Positions 9,361-19,152 are shown, numbered from the stretch's first letter. The stretch is 64,000 nt of DNA from Planctomycetota bacterium (GCA_040755855.1 JBFMAD010000003.1:192001-256000), one strand, 5' to 3'. Program-made: numbers and translations. The notes: a model not told the origin generated them from the sequence alone.

Positions 9361-12072
9361 CTACCTCCTTCCCGATGTTCGCGAGAATCGAATCACCTTC
9401 GCCTCCTGGGAGGCGAGCGTCATCTTGACGCCGGCCAAGTCCGCCGCCGGCGTGATCGCTCCACGGAGAGGCGATGCCTTCATTCCGTCGAGGATCACTT
9501 CTTCCACCCGATAGTCCCCGCGCGGCAGATCGAGGCCGACCGTGAACTCGGCGGGGGCGTTGTCCCAGTTGATGAGGAACAGGCTCACATCGCCGCGACT
9601 GTTTGTCCGGGCCACTGCCTCGATGTCCTGCTCCGGTTTCTTGTTCAGGCGCAACAACCGCTTGCCGCCGAGGGCATGGTCCAGCACGGACGTCATCACC
9701 TCCACATGTCCCGGATCGAGCGGCGCAAGGGGAACCTTGGCCGTCGGGCCTTTATGGACCTCCACCGGCTGCTTCGGGATGCGGATGCCGAATTCGCCGC
9801 CGAGGAAGATCACATCCCCCTTGCCGACCTTGTTTAGGACGATGCCGCCCTTGCCGTTAGCGCCTGAGGCGATGAGCCTCGCTCCGGATTTCAGGGCAAG
9901 GTCCGAGTAGATGGCGAACTTACCGTCAATCTTCTTGCCCTTCAAGACGGGACTTTCCGCGTCGAAGGCGAGGGCCGACTCGGCCTCAGCTGTCGGCGCA
10001 CGCTCCAGCCCAATCAGGTCGAGCAGCAGGGGCCGTTCGTAATGTTCACCGAGTTCATCCACCGTGCCGAACTCGGAAACGATAACGACACTCTTACCAT
10101 CGCTCGCCAGGCGCTTGAGGAGATCGGCCTGTTTCTTTGAGATGGAGAAGGGGAAGGGGACGAGGATGGCGCGGAAGTCCCTCAACTCGTCGTAGCTCAC
10201 CTGCTCCAAGGGATAGAACTCAAAGGAGTAGGCATTCCGGAAGAGGAGATACATCACCTCCTTTTGGGCGATGAACGGGTAGCGCTCGTCCGTATCCTCG
10301 TGGATCAGAAAGGGCGGCTTCTCGCCGCGCGTGTAGATCTGGTAGATGTCGTCGCTCGTGCGCGAGTAGAGGAACGCTATCTCTCGCGGCTTGTGGCTCC
10401 CGCGCAGCCAGGGATCAATCTCCTTCATCATCCGGAACGCCTGCCGGACCATGCTCTCGTTGCGCTTCGGGTCGGGGATCAGGTTGTACTTCATGATGCA
10501 ATTGATGTGGAAATAGAACGCCTCCCCTGCGCCATGTGCGACGGACGTGAGCGGCGGGCCGTAGATCTCCACATCATCCAGCAGACGATGCTCCTTTCGC
10601 AGACGGGAAATCTCCAGGACTACCCCCCCGCCCCGTTTCTTGCTCGACCCCACCAGATGATTCGCCGTCTCGGTCACGTAGTAGTGTGTGCTGTCGCCCT
10701 TGTAATTGTGGAGGAGAATGTAGGGATCGGTCGTCAGCATGTCAATGCCGGAGTGATACCCGATCATGTCCCACGCCACGCCGGAGTGGTATCGCCGGTC
10801 CGAGCAGATGGGGCTGACGCAGATAAGCGAGTCGGTGCGGATGCCGGGGTTCGACGCCTTCGCCGCCTCGACGGATTTCTTGATCCAGTCGAAGGTGGAA
10901 TCGTATCGGAACTGGAGGTACTGCCGCATCTCCATCTCGTGCGTCTTGAAGTTCGGGGAGAAGGGCGGCGGGCCGCCGTACTTCTCGGAGAAGAGCGTCT
11001 GGCACTTCCCGCAGGTGCAATAGGGGTCCAACTTCTTGTAGAACTCGGCCAGCTCGGCGTCGGAGGATTTCTCGTATCGCTCTTTTGCATAATGCGCGGC
11101 ATAGTTGTATTCGTCCGGGACCATACCGATTGCGTCAATCGGATATTTCGAAATGGCGGCGATTGTCTTGATCCATTCCTCGCCGAAGCGATTATTCACG
11201 CAGTAATAGAAGGGAAACTCGGGATCGTTGGTGGACTTCAGCGCCGGGAAACGCGGGCCGATGGTCACCCAGACGCCGAGGCCGTGCTTGTGCGCGTCGT
11301 CCACGAAATGAGCGAAGGGATCGGGCAGGCCCTCGGCGGGCGGCTCGAAGGGGTTCTTCCACAGATGGGACGTGGCGCCGACATAGATATGAATCGCATT
11401 TGCGTTCATGTCTTTCGCCTTTGCGAATACCTCGTGGCGCTTCGTCAGGTCCAGATTGTCCGCCGCTTCGAAGTCGCCGTCGCGGACCATGTTCGGCCCC
11501 GGCGCGCCGTCGGGCTTGCGTTCGCAGACCTTGATGTCGTCGAACCACACCACGCCGGTGTGCTTCCGAAGAAAGACATTCACACTGGCCTCGGCGAGGG
11601 GCTTTTCCGGCTTGACCACCGTCTCGCCGTACTGCCAGTCGTGCGTGCCTGGCTCGAACTGGACGGTCTGCATAAAGAGGGATTTGCCGTCGGCATACTT
11701 GAGGTCGAGGTAGATGGAATATCCCCAATCCTTCTGCCCGGCGACGTTCTCCGCCTTGCTCCATCCGGAGATGACGATCTCACGCGGTTCCTTCTGATCG
11801 AAGGTGATCGTCTGCCGCGCGCCGGTTTCCTGGCCTTCCTGCGATACGTCGCAGCGCAGGCTCGTGCGCCCGCCGTGCTTCACCGTGGAATCTGTGGCGC
11901 AGCCCGGTCCCCAACGGTTCCATACATCGCAGGCGATAATGTCGCTGCCGACGTAGAGCCCGCGCACCAGCTCCCGGCCGCCGGCCGACTCCTCCGGCGC
12001 CTGTTTGATCCTGCACGATTGCACGGCAAAACACATTGCAAGCAAAGCGAATCCGACTTGCCAGCGTTCCAT
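9361..12072 (-). CDS. exported glycoside hydrolase-like lipoprotein (CBM-like domain, TIM barrel, beta-galactosidase trimerization-like domain)
   Basis: Lipobox-like VQSC; GTHDWQY..VWFDD CBM4/9-like module; CTC..C motif as in GH42-like barrels; C-terminal IAFLYS..LFLINW. Confidence 0.6.
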   Translation of the reverse strand: MERWQVGFALLAMCFAVQSCRIKQAPEESAGGRELVRGLYVGSDIIACDVWNRWGPGCATDSTVKHGGRTSLRCDVSQEGQETGARQTITFDQKEPREIVISGWSKAENVAGQKDWGYSIYLDLKYADGKSLFMQTVQFEPGTHDWQYGETVVKPEKPLAEASVNVFLRKHTGVVWFDDIKVCERKPDGAPGPNMVRDGDFEAADNLDLTKRHEVFAKAKDMNANAIHIYVGATSHLWKNPFEPPAEGLPDPFAHFVDDAHKHGLGVWVTIGPRFPALKSTNDPEFPFYYCVNNRFGEEWIKTIAAISKYPIDAIGMVPDEYNYAAHYAKERYEKSSDAELAEFYKKLDPYCTCGKCQTLFSEKYGGPPPFSPNFKTHEMEMRQYLQFRYDSTFDWIKKSVEAAKASNPGIRTDSLICVSPICSDRRYHSGVAWDMIGYHSGIDMLTTDPYILLHNYKGDSTHYYVTETANHLVGSSKKRGGGVVLEISRLRKEHRLLDDVEIYGPPLTSVAHGAGEAFYFHINCIMKYNLIPDPKRNESMVRQAFRMMKEIDPWLRGSHKPREIAFLYSRTSDDIYQIYTRGEKPPFLIHEDTDERYPFIAQKEVMYLLFRNAYSFEFYPLEQVSYDELRDFRAILVPFPFSISKKQADLLKRLASDGKSVVIVSEFGTVDELGEHYERPLLLDLIGLERAPTAEAESALAFDAESPVLKGKKIDGKFAIYSDLALKSGARLIASGANGKGGIVLNKVGKGDVIFLGGEFGIRIPKQPVEVHKGPTAKVPLAPLDPGHVEVMTSVLDHALGGKRLLRLNKKPEQDIEAVARTNSRGDVSLFLINWDNAPAEFTVGLDLPRGDYRVEEVILDGMKASPLRGAITPAADLAGVKMTLASQEAKVIRFSRTSGRR

Positions 12073-12269
12073 GATTTCCTCCGTCCGACCGCAAGAACAA
12101 AACCATTAAAGACCATCTACGCAATATAGGGGCTCCCATATGCCCCGTCAAGTAAGAAAGGATGCGTAACCCCGATTTTCCGAGAAAATTCTATCGTTCA
12201 TGGGGCAGAGCCATTATGATAGTATGGCCGTTTAAGAACCTGAGCAGGACTCTACAGTAGGAGCGGACA

Positions 12270-12527
12270 ATGATGCAATCGGGTTTGCCCGACCAGACGG
12301 ACATCTTCAAGCGAGGGGAGAACGGCTACCACACCTACCGCATCCCCGCCCTGTGCGTCACGAAGAAGGGGACCTTTCCCGGTCCGGCAGCCTACTCGGA
12401 CCTGTGCGTCGCCGCCGACAGCGCAATCGGCTGCTTGTATGAACGTGGCGCGGAGAACGCCTACGAGGGGATCGCCTTCGCGCGATGCTCCCTCGACTGG
12501 CTCACCGAAGAAGAGGACGAGAAGTAA
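12270..12527 (+). pseudogene. internally deleted GH33 sialidase (N- and C-termini fused in frame)
   Basis: GYHTYRIPAL..TKKGT (RIP motif) joined directly to PGPAAYSDL..IGCLYERG..IAFAR.SLDWL. Only 85 aa, with SD AGGAG. Confidence 0.8.
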
Positions 12528-12531
12528 AGCG

Positions 12532-13236
12532 ATGCTTCCGAAAGGAATTCTGTTCGATCTGGATGACACGATCCTCGCCTTCGGCGCAGCAGGCGATGAG
12601 ACATGGCGCAGCCTCTGCAACGAATACGCCGGCCGATGCGCCCTGGATGCCAAGCAACTGCTCGACGCGTTCCGAGAGGTAGCCGATTGGTACTGGTCCG
12701 ACGAGGAGCGACATCGCCATGGCCGACTGAACCTGAACGCGACGCGGCGGAGGATCGTGCGCCTGGCCTTCGAGAAGCTGGGGATTGCAAACCCCGCCCT
12801 GGCAGACGAAATCGCCGACGCCTTCTCGGTGAGGCGGGTGGAGGCCATCCGCTTCTTCCCCAGAGCGGAAGAAACGCTTAGACGCTTGCTGGAACACGGT
12901 GTGGCAATGGCACTTATGACAAACGGGGAAGCGATCACCCAGCGGGCGAAAGTCGAACGCTTCGGCTTGGTGCGGTTCTTCAAGACCATCCTGATCGAGG
13001 GCGAGCTCGGTTTCGGCAAGCCGCACCCGGACGTTTACCGCCGCGCGCTGGATGATCTTGGGCTTGACCCGCGCGACGTCTGGTCGGTGGGCGACAACCT
13101 CCGGTGGGATGTGGCCGGCCCGCAGGCCCTCGGCGTTTTCGGCATCTGGCACGACTGGCGCGGGGAGGGCCTCCCTCCCGATACGGATATTCGCCCGGAT
13201 CGCACGATTCGAAGCATTGCCGAGTTGATCGGATAG
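12532..13236 (+). CDS. HAD-superfamily hydrolase (YjjG/YfnB-like)
   Basis: FDLDDT (motif I), MTNG, GKPHP, VGDNL.WDV.G. Confidence 0.9.
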   Translation: MLPKGILFDLDDTILAFGAAGDETWRSLCNEYAGRCALDAKQLLDAFREVADWYWSDEERHRHGRLNLNATRRRIVRLAFEKLGIANPALADEIADAFSVRRVEAIRFFPRAEETLRRLLEHGVAMALMTNGEAITQRAKVERFGLVRFFKTILIEGELGFGKPHPDVYRRALDDLGLDPRDVWSVGDNLRWDVAGPQALGVFGIWHDWRGEGLPPDTDIRPDRTIRSIAELIG

Positions 13237-13258
13237 ATTCGCGGAGGAGGGTAGAGCC

Positions 13259-13948
13259 ATGCGAAGGATAATTCACTGGATTCTGGTAACTGTAGTTCTT
13301 GCGGCGGGGACTCAATACGCCTTCGCCCAGCCACGGGGCCGAGGGCCCCGCCCGCCGACCGAGAACAAGCCCATTGTTCCGAAGGACGATACGGAGAAGA
13401 AAATCCTCTCCGTCCTCCAGGACATGCGCGAGAACCAGAGCAAAGGCATGATGAATATCTCGCCCGACGACGGGCGACTGCTTCGTCTGCTGGCGGAGGC
13501 AGTGAACGCGAAGCACGTCGTCGAGATCGGCACGTCGAACGGCTACTCGACGATCTGGTTCTGTCTGGCCCTGCTAAAGACAGGCGGAAAAATCACCACC
13601 AACGAGATTGACGAGGGGCGCGCCAAGCTGGCTCAGGAGAACTTCAAGCGCGCGGGCGTCGAGGAACTCGTCACCATCGTCATGGGCGACGCGCACGAGA
13701 CGATCAAGAAGCTGGAGGGCCCTCTTGACATACTTTTCCTCGATGCCGATAAGCAAGGCTACATGGACTACCTCAACAAACTTCTCCCCCTCGTGCGTCC
13801 GGGCGGGCTGGTCCTGGCCCACAACGTCGTCTCCCACGGCGGCGCGATGCAGGACTACCTCAATGCCATCACGACCAACCCCGACCTGGAGACGCTCTTC
13901 CTGCTCAGGGAAGGCGCCGGCGTGAGCGTGACGCTGAAGAAGCGGTGA
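13259..13948 (+). CDS. class I SAM-dependent O-methyltransferase (caffeoyl-CoA OMT-like) with an apparent Sec signal peptide
   Basis: VVEIGTSNGYS, FLDADK, GGLVLAHN; N-terminal MRR-hydrophobic-AFA/Q. Confidence 0.85.
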   Translation: MRRIIHWILVTVVLAAGTQYAFAQPRGRGPRPPTENKPIVPKDDTEKKILSVLQDMRENQSKGMMNISPDDGRLLRLLAEAVNAKHVVEIGTSNGYSTIWFCLALLKTGGKITTNEIDEGRAKLAQENFKRAGVEELVTIVMGDAHETIKKLEGPLDILFLDADKQGYMDYLNKLLPLVRPGGLVLAHNVVSHGGAMQDYLNAITTNPDLETLFLLREGAGVSVTLKKR

Positions 13949-13978
13949 AGTTTCACAGAACGCAGAAAGGCTCTGCCA

Positions 13979-14665
13979 ATGAACGAAAAAGACCGCGACG
14001 AAATGCCCTGGACCGAGAAACAGTGGGAGCGCTTCCTGCGGCGCAGCGAGGTCCGCTCGGCGAAGTTTCAGGAACTGTTCGAGACGCTCCGCGATCACCC
14101 CGACCAGGAGGAGATCATCAGCCATGAGATGGGCTGGGACGACCCGCCCGAGCGGGACGACGACTTCCCCGACTTCGACCCGAACGAGATGATCGTGGAG
14201 CCTACCGAGGAGGAGATGCAGGAGTACATGGAACGGCATGACCGGGATCTCCATGCGATCTCTGCCTACGAACGCGCCTTCGCTTACACGCTGAGCGTCC
14301 ACAACGCCCTCAAGGACTTCTTTAGGGAGGACAACAGCGACGCCGACGAGGCCCTTGCCGAGGCCATCGGCCAGAGCGGGATCATCGGCGCCAAGATTGC
14401 GGGCGGGCACGGCATGGGCTACGAGGACGATGTGCTCTGTGGAAACATCTGTTGCTGCAAGCGCAGTCTGGAAGCGGCGGACCGATGCCTCGGAGAACTC
14501 GAACGGGCCAAGGCATTGGGCGCCGCGCCGCGCGAGGTCATCGAACCCCTCATCACCGAGGGCCGCGAGGTGCGCCGCCTTGTGGCGGAATGGATTACTG
14601 AACTGCGGGGGCGCGTGTGGTGGGACTCGCAGGAGCGGGGAAAGGGGACTGGCGAAAAAACTTGA
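13979..14665 (+). CDS. conserved hypothetical protein (acidic, helical)
   Basis: Host-like codon usage, operon position, AKIAGGHGMGY..GNI..CKRSL block. Confidence 0.65.
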   Translation: MNEKDRDEMPWTEKQWERFLRRSEVRSAKFQELFETLRDHPDQEEIISHEMGWDDPPERDDDFPDFDPNEMIVEPTEEEMQEYMERHDRDLHAISAYERAFAYTLSVHNALKDFFREDNSDADEALAEAIGQSGIIGAKIAGGHGMGYEDDVLCGNICCCKRSLEAADRCLGELERAKALGAAPREVIEPLITEGREVRRLVAEWITELRGRVWWDSQERGKGTGEKT

Positions 14666-14689
14666 CAAGGCCGAGAGAGCGCGTATAAT
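14662..14689 (+). promoter_or_regulatory. consensus sigma70 promoter
   Basis: TTGACA(14662-67)-N16-TATAAT(14684-89). Confidence 0.7.
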
Positions 14690-14736
14690 GAAAAAGGAGG
14701 TGGTATGTCCCCGACTCGGTCAGAAGGAGGGTTCCC

Positions 14737-15474
14737 ATGTCAAAAGACAGAAAAAAGGCGGGGGGGTTTACCCTTGCGGAGATGCTGACGGTGATAGCGA
14801 TCATCGGCATCCTGGCAGGACTCGTCCTCTCCACGCTGCCGAAGGTGCAGGACAGGGCGGAGCGAGTCGTCTGCATGAACACCCTCCGTCAGATTGGCCT
14901 GGCGATGGAGGCCTACACGGCGGACTATCATGGGCGGTATCCGACGCTTAACGGACCGCGCACCCTCGCGGGCCTGGCGGACAATCCGTGGTACTACGCC
15001 CTGAAGTCATACGGCATCGAGGCTAAGTCATTGACCTGTCCATCCGATGAAAACTTCGACCCGGATCGTTTTCCGACAGAGGCAGAATTGACCAACCGCC
15101 TGGTGTATCGCAGCAACAACATCTCCTATGGGATTCAGTATGATTTCAAGGACCTGAGAGGCGTCCCCTATGAGGTCCAGACGCAAGGCGGCTGGGCCGG
15201 AAGCACACCCGACGGGCTGCCTGATGTTCTTGCCGTCGGCGATCTGATCCGTAAAGGGGAAACGATAATGGCCGCCGACAGCGACGGCGACGGCGGCGTC
15301 AGAGGTCCCGATTATGCTATTGACATGACAGGACAGCGTCCAATCGGCGGCAGGCACAAGGGATATGCGAACGTCCTGTATTTTGATCTGCATGTAGAGG
15401 CCAAGCAGGTCATGCCGGAGAAAGGCGTGGACATTAACACTCAGTACCGCTACTGGACGCTGACGAACGATTGA
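14737..15474 (+). CDS. prepilin-type N-terminal cleavage/methylation protein (DUF1559/H-X9-DG-like)
   Basis: G/FTLAEMLTVIAIIGILAG, CMNTLRQIGLA, CPSD, C-terminal RH...ANVLYFDLHV. Confidence 0.85.
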   Translation: MSKDRKKAGGFTLAEMLTVIAIIGILAGLVLSTLPKVQDRAERVVCMNTLRQIGLAMEAYTADYHGRYPTLNGPRTLAGLADNPWYYALKSYGIEAKSLTCPSDENFDPDRFPTEAELTNRLVYRSNNISYGIQYDFKDLRGVPYEVQTQGGWAGSTPDGLPDVLAVGDLIRKGETIMAADSDGDGGVRGPDYAIDMTGQRPIGGRHKGYANVLYFDLHVEAKQVMPEKGVDINTQYRYWTLTND

Positions 15475-15542
15475 ATCCTGGCAAGGACGGCCGCAGTGTT
15501 AATTGTGAGCATACAGTAAGCCTGGGAAAAGGAACCGGAGAA

Positions 15543-16754
15543 ATGGCAACGCCGAGCGATGCAGGGGAAAAGGGAAAGCGCGTTATGGCGGGCCACCTCG
15601 AAGAGGTGGATATCTTCAGCGTGGCTCAATTTCTCATGCTCCAGTCGAAGACCGGCACACTGGAGATGAAAAGCAACGGCAAGAACGGCGCGCTCTATTT
15701 CGCCGGGGGGCAGGTGATCGACGCGCGGGACGACGCCGGCGGCGATCCGGTGGAAATCGCATTCCGTCTCTTCCAGTGGAAGAGCGGCGGCTTCGACTTT
15801 TACGCCACGCCCGCGGCCGTCGAGAAGAAGATCGAAAAGGACACACAGACGCTGCTCTTCGAACTGGCCGTTCGGATGGATGAGGAGAGCGCCAAGGCCG
15901 CCGAACAAACGCCGGTCCCGGGACAGGTTGCCGCAGCTCCTGGGAAGCCCCAGCCCGTGAAGGCAAAGGCCGTCAAGCCCGGCAAGGCCGTGGCGAGGCT
16001 TGTCCACAAGCCCAAAGGCGCCGCCGTAGCCGCGGTGGCCGGCGGGCCCGATATGACCGAGACCCAGTTCATGCAGGCCGTCCAGGACCGCCTGACCGTA
16101 TTTGTGGACGAACTTCCGGATACAACAGGCCGCGAATGGCGGCAGGAGCGGGCCGCCGCCGGAACGCAGGAGGCCCCCTCGCGAAGAACTGGGATCGCTC
16201 TAAGCGTAGTCTCCATAGGTGTCCTGATCATCTTGATTATCTTCGTGTTGAAGACCCGAGAAGCAGATACGCCCGGGCCGGGCGGAGGTCCTGGCGGGCA
16301 GCCGCCGACGGATGATCCCGTGGTCACACTCCCCCCATCCTACACCTTCGTCACCGCCCCGTTCACTCCGGAGCGCGAGGCCGAGGACGCCGTGCGGAAG
16401 ATCGAGTTCAAGTGCACCCCGAACAAAGTAGATGTGATCGGCGACAAGCTGGAGACGGCCGTGGTTGTCCTCCGCGTGGAGGCGGCTTGGGATACCGACC
16501 AGCTCAAGCAGGATGCCACGCACGATGCGGCTAATGTGATCAATGAGATTTTCAACAGCCCCAATTGTCAGACGGTACAGGGCATTGACCTGCGTGTGCA
16601 GTCTCACCTCGGGGTTGGCGACGAATTGAAGAAGTGGAGCGACGTGCTGGTCGTAGATGCAAAGAGGGCCTTGCACAAACCAGTGCGCATACGAGATATC
16701 GAAGAGGCCAAACGGTACCTGGCATTATTCAGCCCGCAGTTCAATCTGAACTAA
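15543..16754 (+). CDS. DUF4388 (PATAN-like) domain membrane protein
   Basis: GHLEEVDIFSVAQFL..KTGTL..GALYF..GQVIDA..LFQW.SGGFDF..LLFELA.RMDE; one TM helix; C-terminal external domain. Confidence 0.8.
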   Translation: MATPSDAGEKGKRVMAGHLEEVDIFSVAQFLMLQSKTGTLEMKSNGKNGALYFAGGQVIDARDDAGGDPVEIAFRLFQWKSGGFDFYATPAAVEKKIEKDTQTLLFELAVRMDEESAKAAEQTPVPGQVAAAPGKPQPVKAKAVKPGKAVARLVHKPKGAAVAAVAGGPDMTETQFMQAVQDRLTVFVDELPDTTGREWRQERAAAGTQEAPSRRTGIALSVVSIGVLIILIIFVLKTREADTPGPGGGPGGQPPTDDPVVTLPPSYTFVTAPFTPEREAEDAVRKIEFKCTPNKVDVIGDKLETAVVVLRVEAAWDTDQLKQDATHDAANVINEIFNSPNCQTVQGIDLRVQSHLGVGDELKKWSDVLVVDAKRALHKPVRIRDIEEAKRYLALFSPQFNLN

Positions 16755-16844
16755 ACGGAGATAGCGGCGAGGATCGTCCGTTAAGACAAAGGGGTGGAGG
16801 GATGTATCAGGCAGTATGTAGTAGCTATCCAAGAGACGGAAAAC

Positions 16845-17750
16845 ATGAAAACTTGTCCCGGCTGTCGGCGGGAACTTGCGCATGATGCGACGGTATGTGA
16901 GTGTGGGATGCGTTTCACGGCAAGTGAAGCCGTGGCCGATCCCGGCGGCGATGCGCCGATAAACACCCCCTCCGCACCGCAACCAAACAGCAACAATACA
17001 AATCATCACGACAACGTACATCCAGACGAGATCGCTCTGAACGACGCAGAGTCGGATGATGTGGACCTCGACGAAGTTGATCTCGATACGGAAGAGATAG
17101 ACCTGGCCGAGGCAGACCTGGATGCGAACTCGACTGAGGAAATTGACGCCAGCGGGACTGCTCTCGAACCTGAAATCCCCGCCTATTCGCGCAGAGAACC
17201 GCCTGCCCCCAAAAAAGTGGGCCCAATGATCGTCATTATCGCCGCCCATGCGGTGATTATCCTCGCCGCTCTCTGCATCTTCTGTCAAAAAGGCCAGCGG
17301 AGCAGCGGGGGAGGATACGATCCCGATTACGACGCGGCACTCTCCCAGGACTATATCACCGAACCAAATACCTCCGCCCGAGGGGTCGAACAGGTGGTTC
17401 GAAACCTTGGTTTGCCCTGCCAAATACTTGAAATTGTTAAAGAAAGCCCCGCAGCGCCCGAGGCGCGTGTCGTGTTGCAGAAGACGACATTCGCGTCCAA
17501 ACAGGAACTCTGCAAAGAGGCCGAAATGGCCGTCGTCCGTGTGGGCAACGAGGTCTTGCGCCGCGACGAACGGGTCCGCTCCGTTTACGTCGAAATCCGG
17601 GCCTACCTCATAAGCCGAAATCAGAGCGATTCCATCATCATGGTGACCTTCGACCGGTCCAAGGTGAACGGAACAATGAAGGGCATGTCACCGAGAGAGG
17701 TCCTCCAGTTCTTCGGCGCCACCTATCACGCCAGCCTGAAAGAGGAATGA
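16845..17750 (+). CDS. Zn-ribbon / acidic linker / single-TM protein
   Basis: MKTCPGC..CECG, D/E-rich linker, TM MIVIIAAHAVIILAALCIFC. Confidence 0.7.
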   Translation: MKTCPGCRRELAHDATVCECGMRFTASEAVADPGGDAPINTPSAPQPNSNNTNHHDNVHPDEIALNDAESDDVDLDEVDLDTEEIDLAEADLDANSTEEIDASGTALEPEIPAYSRREPPAPKKVGPMIVIIAAHAVIILAALCIFCQKGQRSSGGGYDPDYDAALSQDYITEPNTSARGVEQVVRNLGLPCQILEIVKESPAAPEARVVLQKTTFASKQELCKEAEMAVVRVGNEVLRRDERVRSVYVEIRAYLISRNQSDSIIMVTFDRSKVNGTMKGMSPREVLQFFGATYHASLKEE

Positions 17751-17760
17751 GCCGACCATC

Positions 17761-19104
17761 TCAGTGCTCGATCATGCGCCAATAGGCCCCATACTCGAAG
17801 TCCCGGCTACGCTCCTTCTCGTGACAGCGCAGGCATCCCGCCCGTGTGGCCGGTCGAAGCGTCGTCTCGCCTGACGTTTCGTTCTTCTTGGCGCGGTAGC
17901 AGTCCACGTGCCTCTTCCCCCGCCCGTGGCAGTTCTCGCACTGCACATTGGTCAGGTAAAGAGTTAGCCTCTGGGACCGATACCCGTCCGGCGACCCCAG
18001 GCCGACCACATGGCATCCCAGGCAGTCCCGGTCATACTCATACTTCTTTGCGGCGAGTGTGGCGAAGGCGCGGGCATGATCCGATGTCTTCCACGCCTCA
18101 TACGCCTCCTTGTGGCACTCTCTGCACTCCTCCGCTCCCACGTATCGGTCCGCGCCCTGCGCCTGCTTCCCGGCCACAATGATCTCCAGCGCCTCATGCG
18201 TCGTGGCATCGCTCAGCTCCTTCGCCTTCTGCTCCTCCTTCATCTGCGCAATGACCGATGCCATCTGCGGATCTTCGGCATATTCCTCCCCCAGCTCGAT
18301 GATTTCCCCCGTATGCTTCACCGCCGCCCCATTTTTGTCAAAGCAAATCTCCAGCCGTCCCAGCATTCTCCCCTTATCCGCCACGGCTGCCAGGATTGAT
18401 TGGTTCACTTTCGGCGGCTGCCGCGTCGGCTCGCGCACCGTCCCTCCCAGGATCACATCCACCTCGTACAGCTTCTCCGCCAGGCGGCCCATCCCCTCGA
18501 AGTCCGTGCACGCGGCAAGGATGAGAAAATCACACCGCCCCTTTAACTCAGGAAGGAGACGAAGAAGGGCCATCTCCGGGTCCAGCGCAGCCAGCCCCGG
18601 ACCGGGCCTCTCCACATCATTTGCCAGAATGCCTGTGACGCCTACCCGGAGCCCGCCGACGTCCCGGACGATATACGGCCGGACCACCGGCAGTCGCGTC
18701 TCGGCGTCAACTACATTCGCAGACACGAAAGGGACCTTCGTCGCCGCCGCCATGCGAACCAGATCGTCCCGGCCGAGAGCCGCCTCCCGCTGGCCCACAT
18801 TCAGGGCGGCATAGTCCATCTTCTCCAACCCCATCAGGATGTACTTGAATTTCAACTTATCCCACTCCCGCGCCCCGCGCGTGGCGTTGCCGACCTCGAT
18901 GAGCAGCCGCGCCGACGATCCCCGACCCCGGATCGCCGTCGCCCGCCTCGGCAGCCCGCCGGATTGCTTGTCAATGCACCCGCATGGCTCGATATTCCCC
19001 CGCATGTCGCTGGAAAAATAAATTACCAGCGCATTCGGGGGCGATTTCTTCGAGCAGCCGGCGAAGACCATCGCAACAAAAAGTGGTACAAGTATCCGGA
19101 TCAT
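17761..19104 (-). CDS. lipoprotein with 5'-nucleotidase/UshA-like N-terminal fold fused to a tetraheme cytochrome c (c554-like)
   Basis: Lipobox FAGC; SSDMRGNIEPCGC...GGLPRR; MDYAALNVG; four CxxCH (CRECH, CLGCH, CENCH, CLRCH). Confidence 0.85.
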   Translation of the reverse strand: MIRILVPLFVAMVFAGCSKKSPPNALVIYFSSDMRGNIEPCGCIDKQSGGLPRRATAIRGRGSSARLLIEVGNATRGAREWDKLKFKYILMGLEKMDYAALNVGQREAALGRDDLVRMAAATKVPFVSANVVDAETRLPVVRPYIVRDVGGLRVGVTGILANDVERPGPGLAALDPEMALLRLLPELKGRCDFLILAACTDFEGMGRLAEKLYEVDVILGGTVREPTRQPPKVNQSILAAVADKGRMLGRLEICFDKNGAAVKHTGEIIELGEEYAEDPQMASVIAQMKEEQKAKELSDATTHEALEIIVAGKQAQGADRYVGAEECRECHKEAYEAWKTSDHARAFATLAAKKYEYDRDCLGCHVVGLGSPDGYRSQRLTLYLTNVQCENCHGRGKRHVDCYRAKKNETSGETTLRPATRAGCLRCHEKERSRDFEYGAYWRMIEH

Positions 19105-19152
19105 CTTGTCCGTCTTCTCTTTCTTCTGTCTCCTGTATTCTATATCCCGCCT

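Noticed and set aside
10264..12129. 621-aa plus-strand ORF, and similar long antisense ORFs (e.g. 50611-52188, 48943-50265, 38580-39953)
   Set aside because: Antisense shadows of well-supported genes in GC-rich DNA, with no recognisable motifs.
18960..19000. Selenoprotein at the CGC motif
   Set aside because: Both residues are Cys codons with no in-frame TGA, so this copy is the Cys form.
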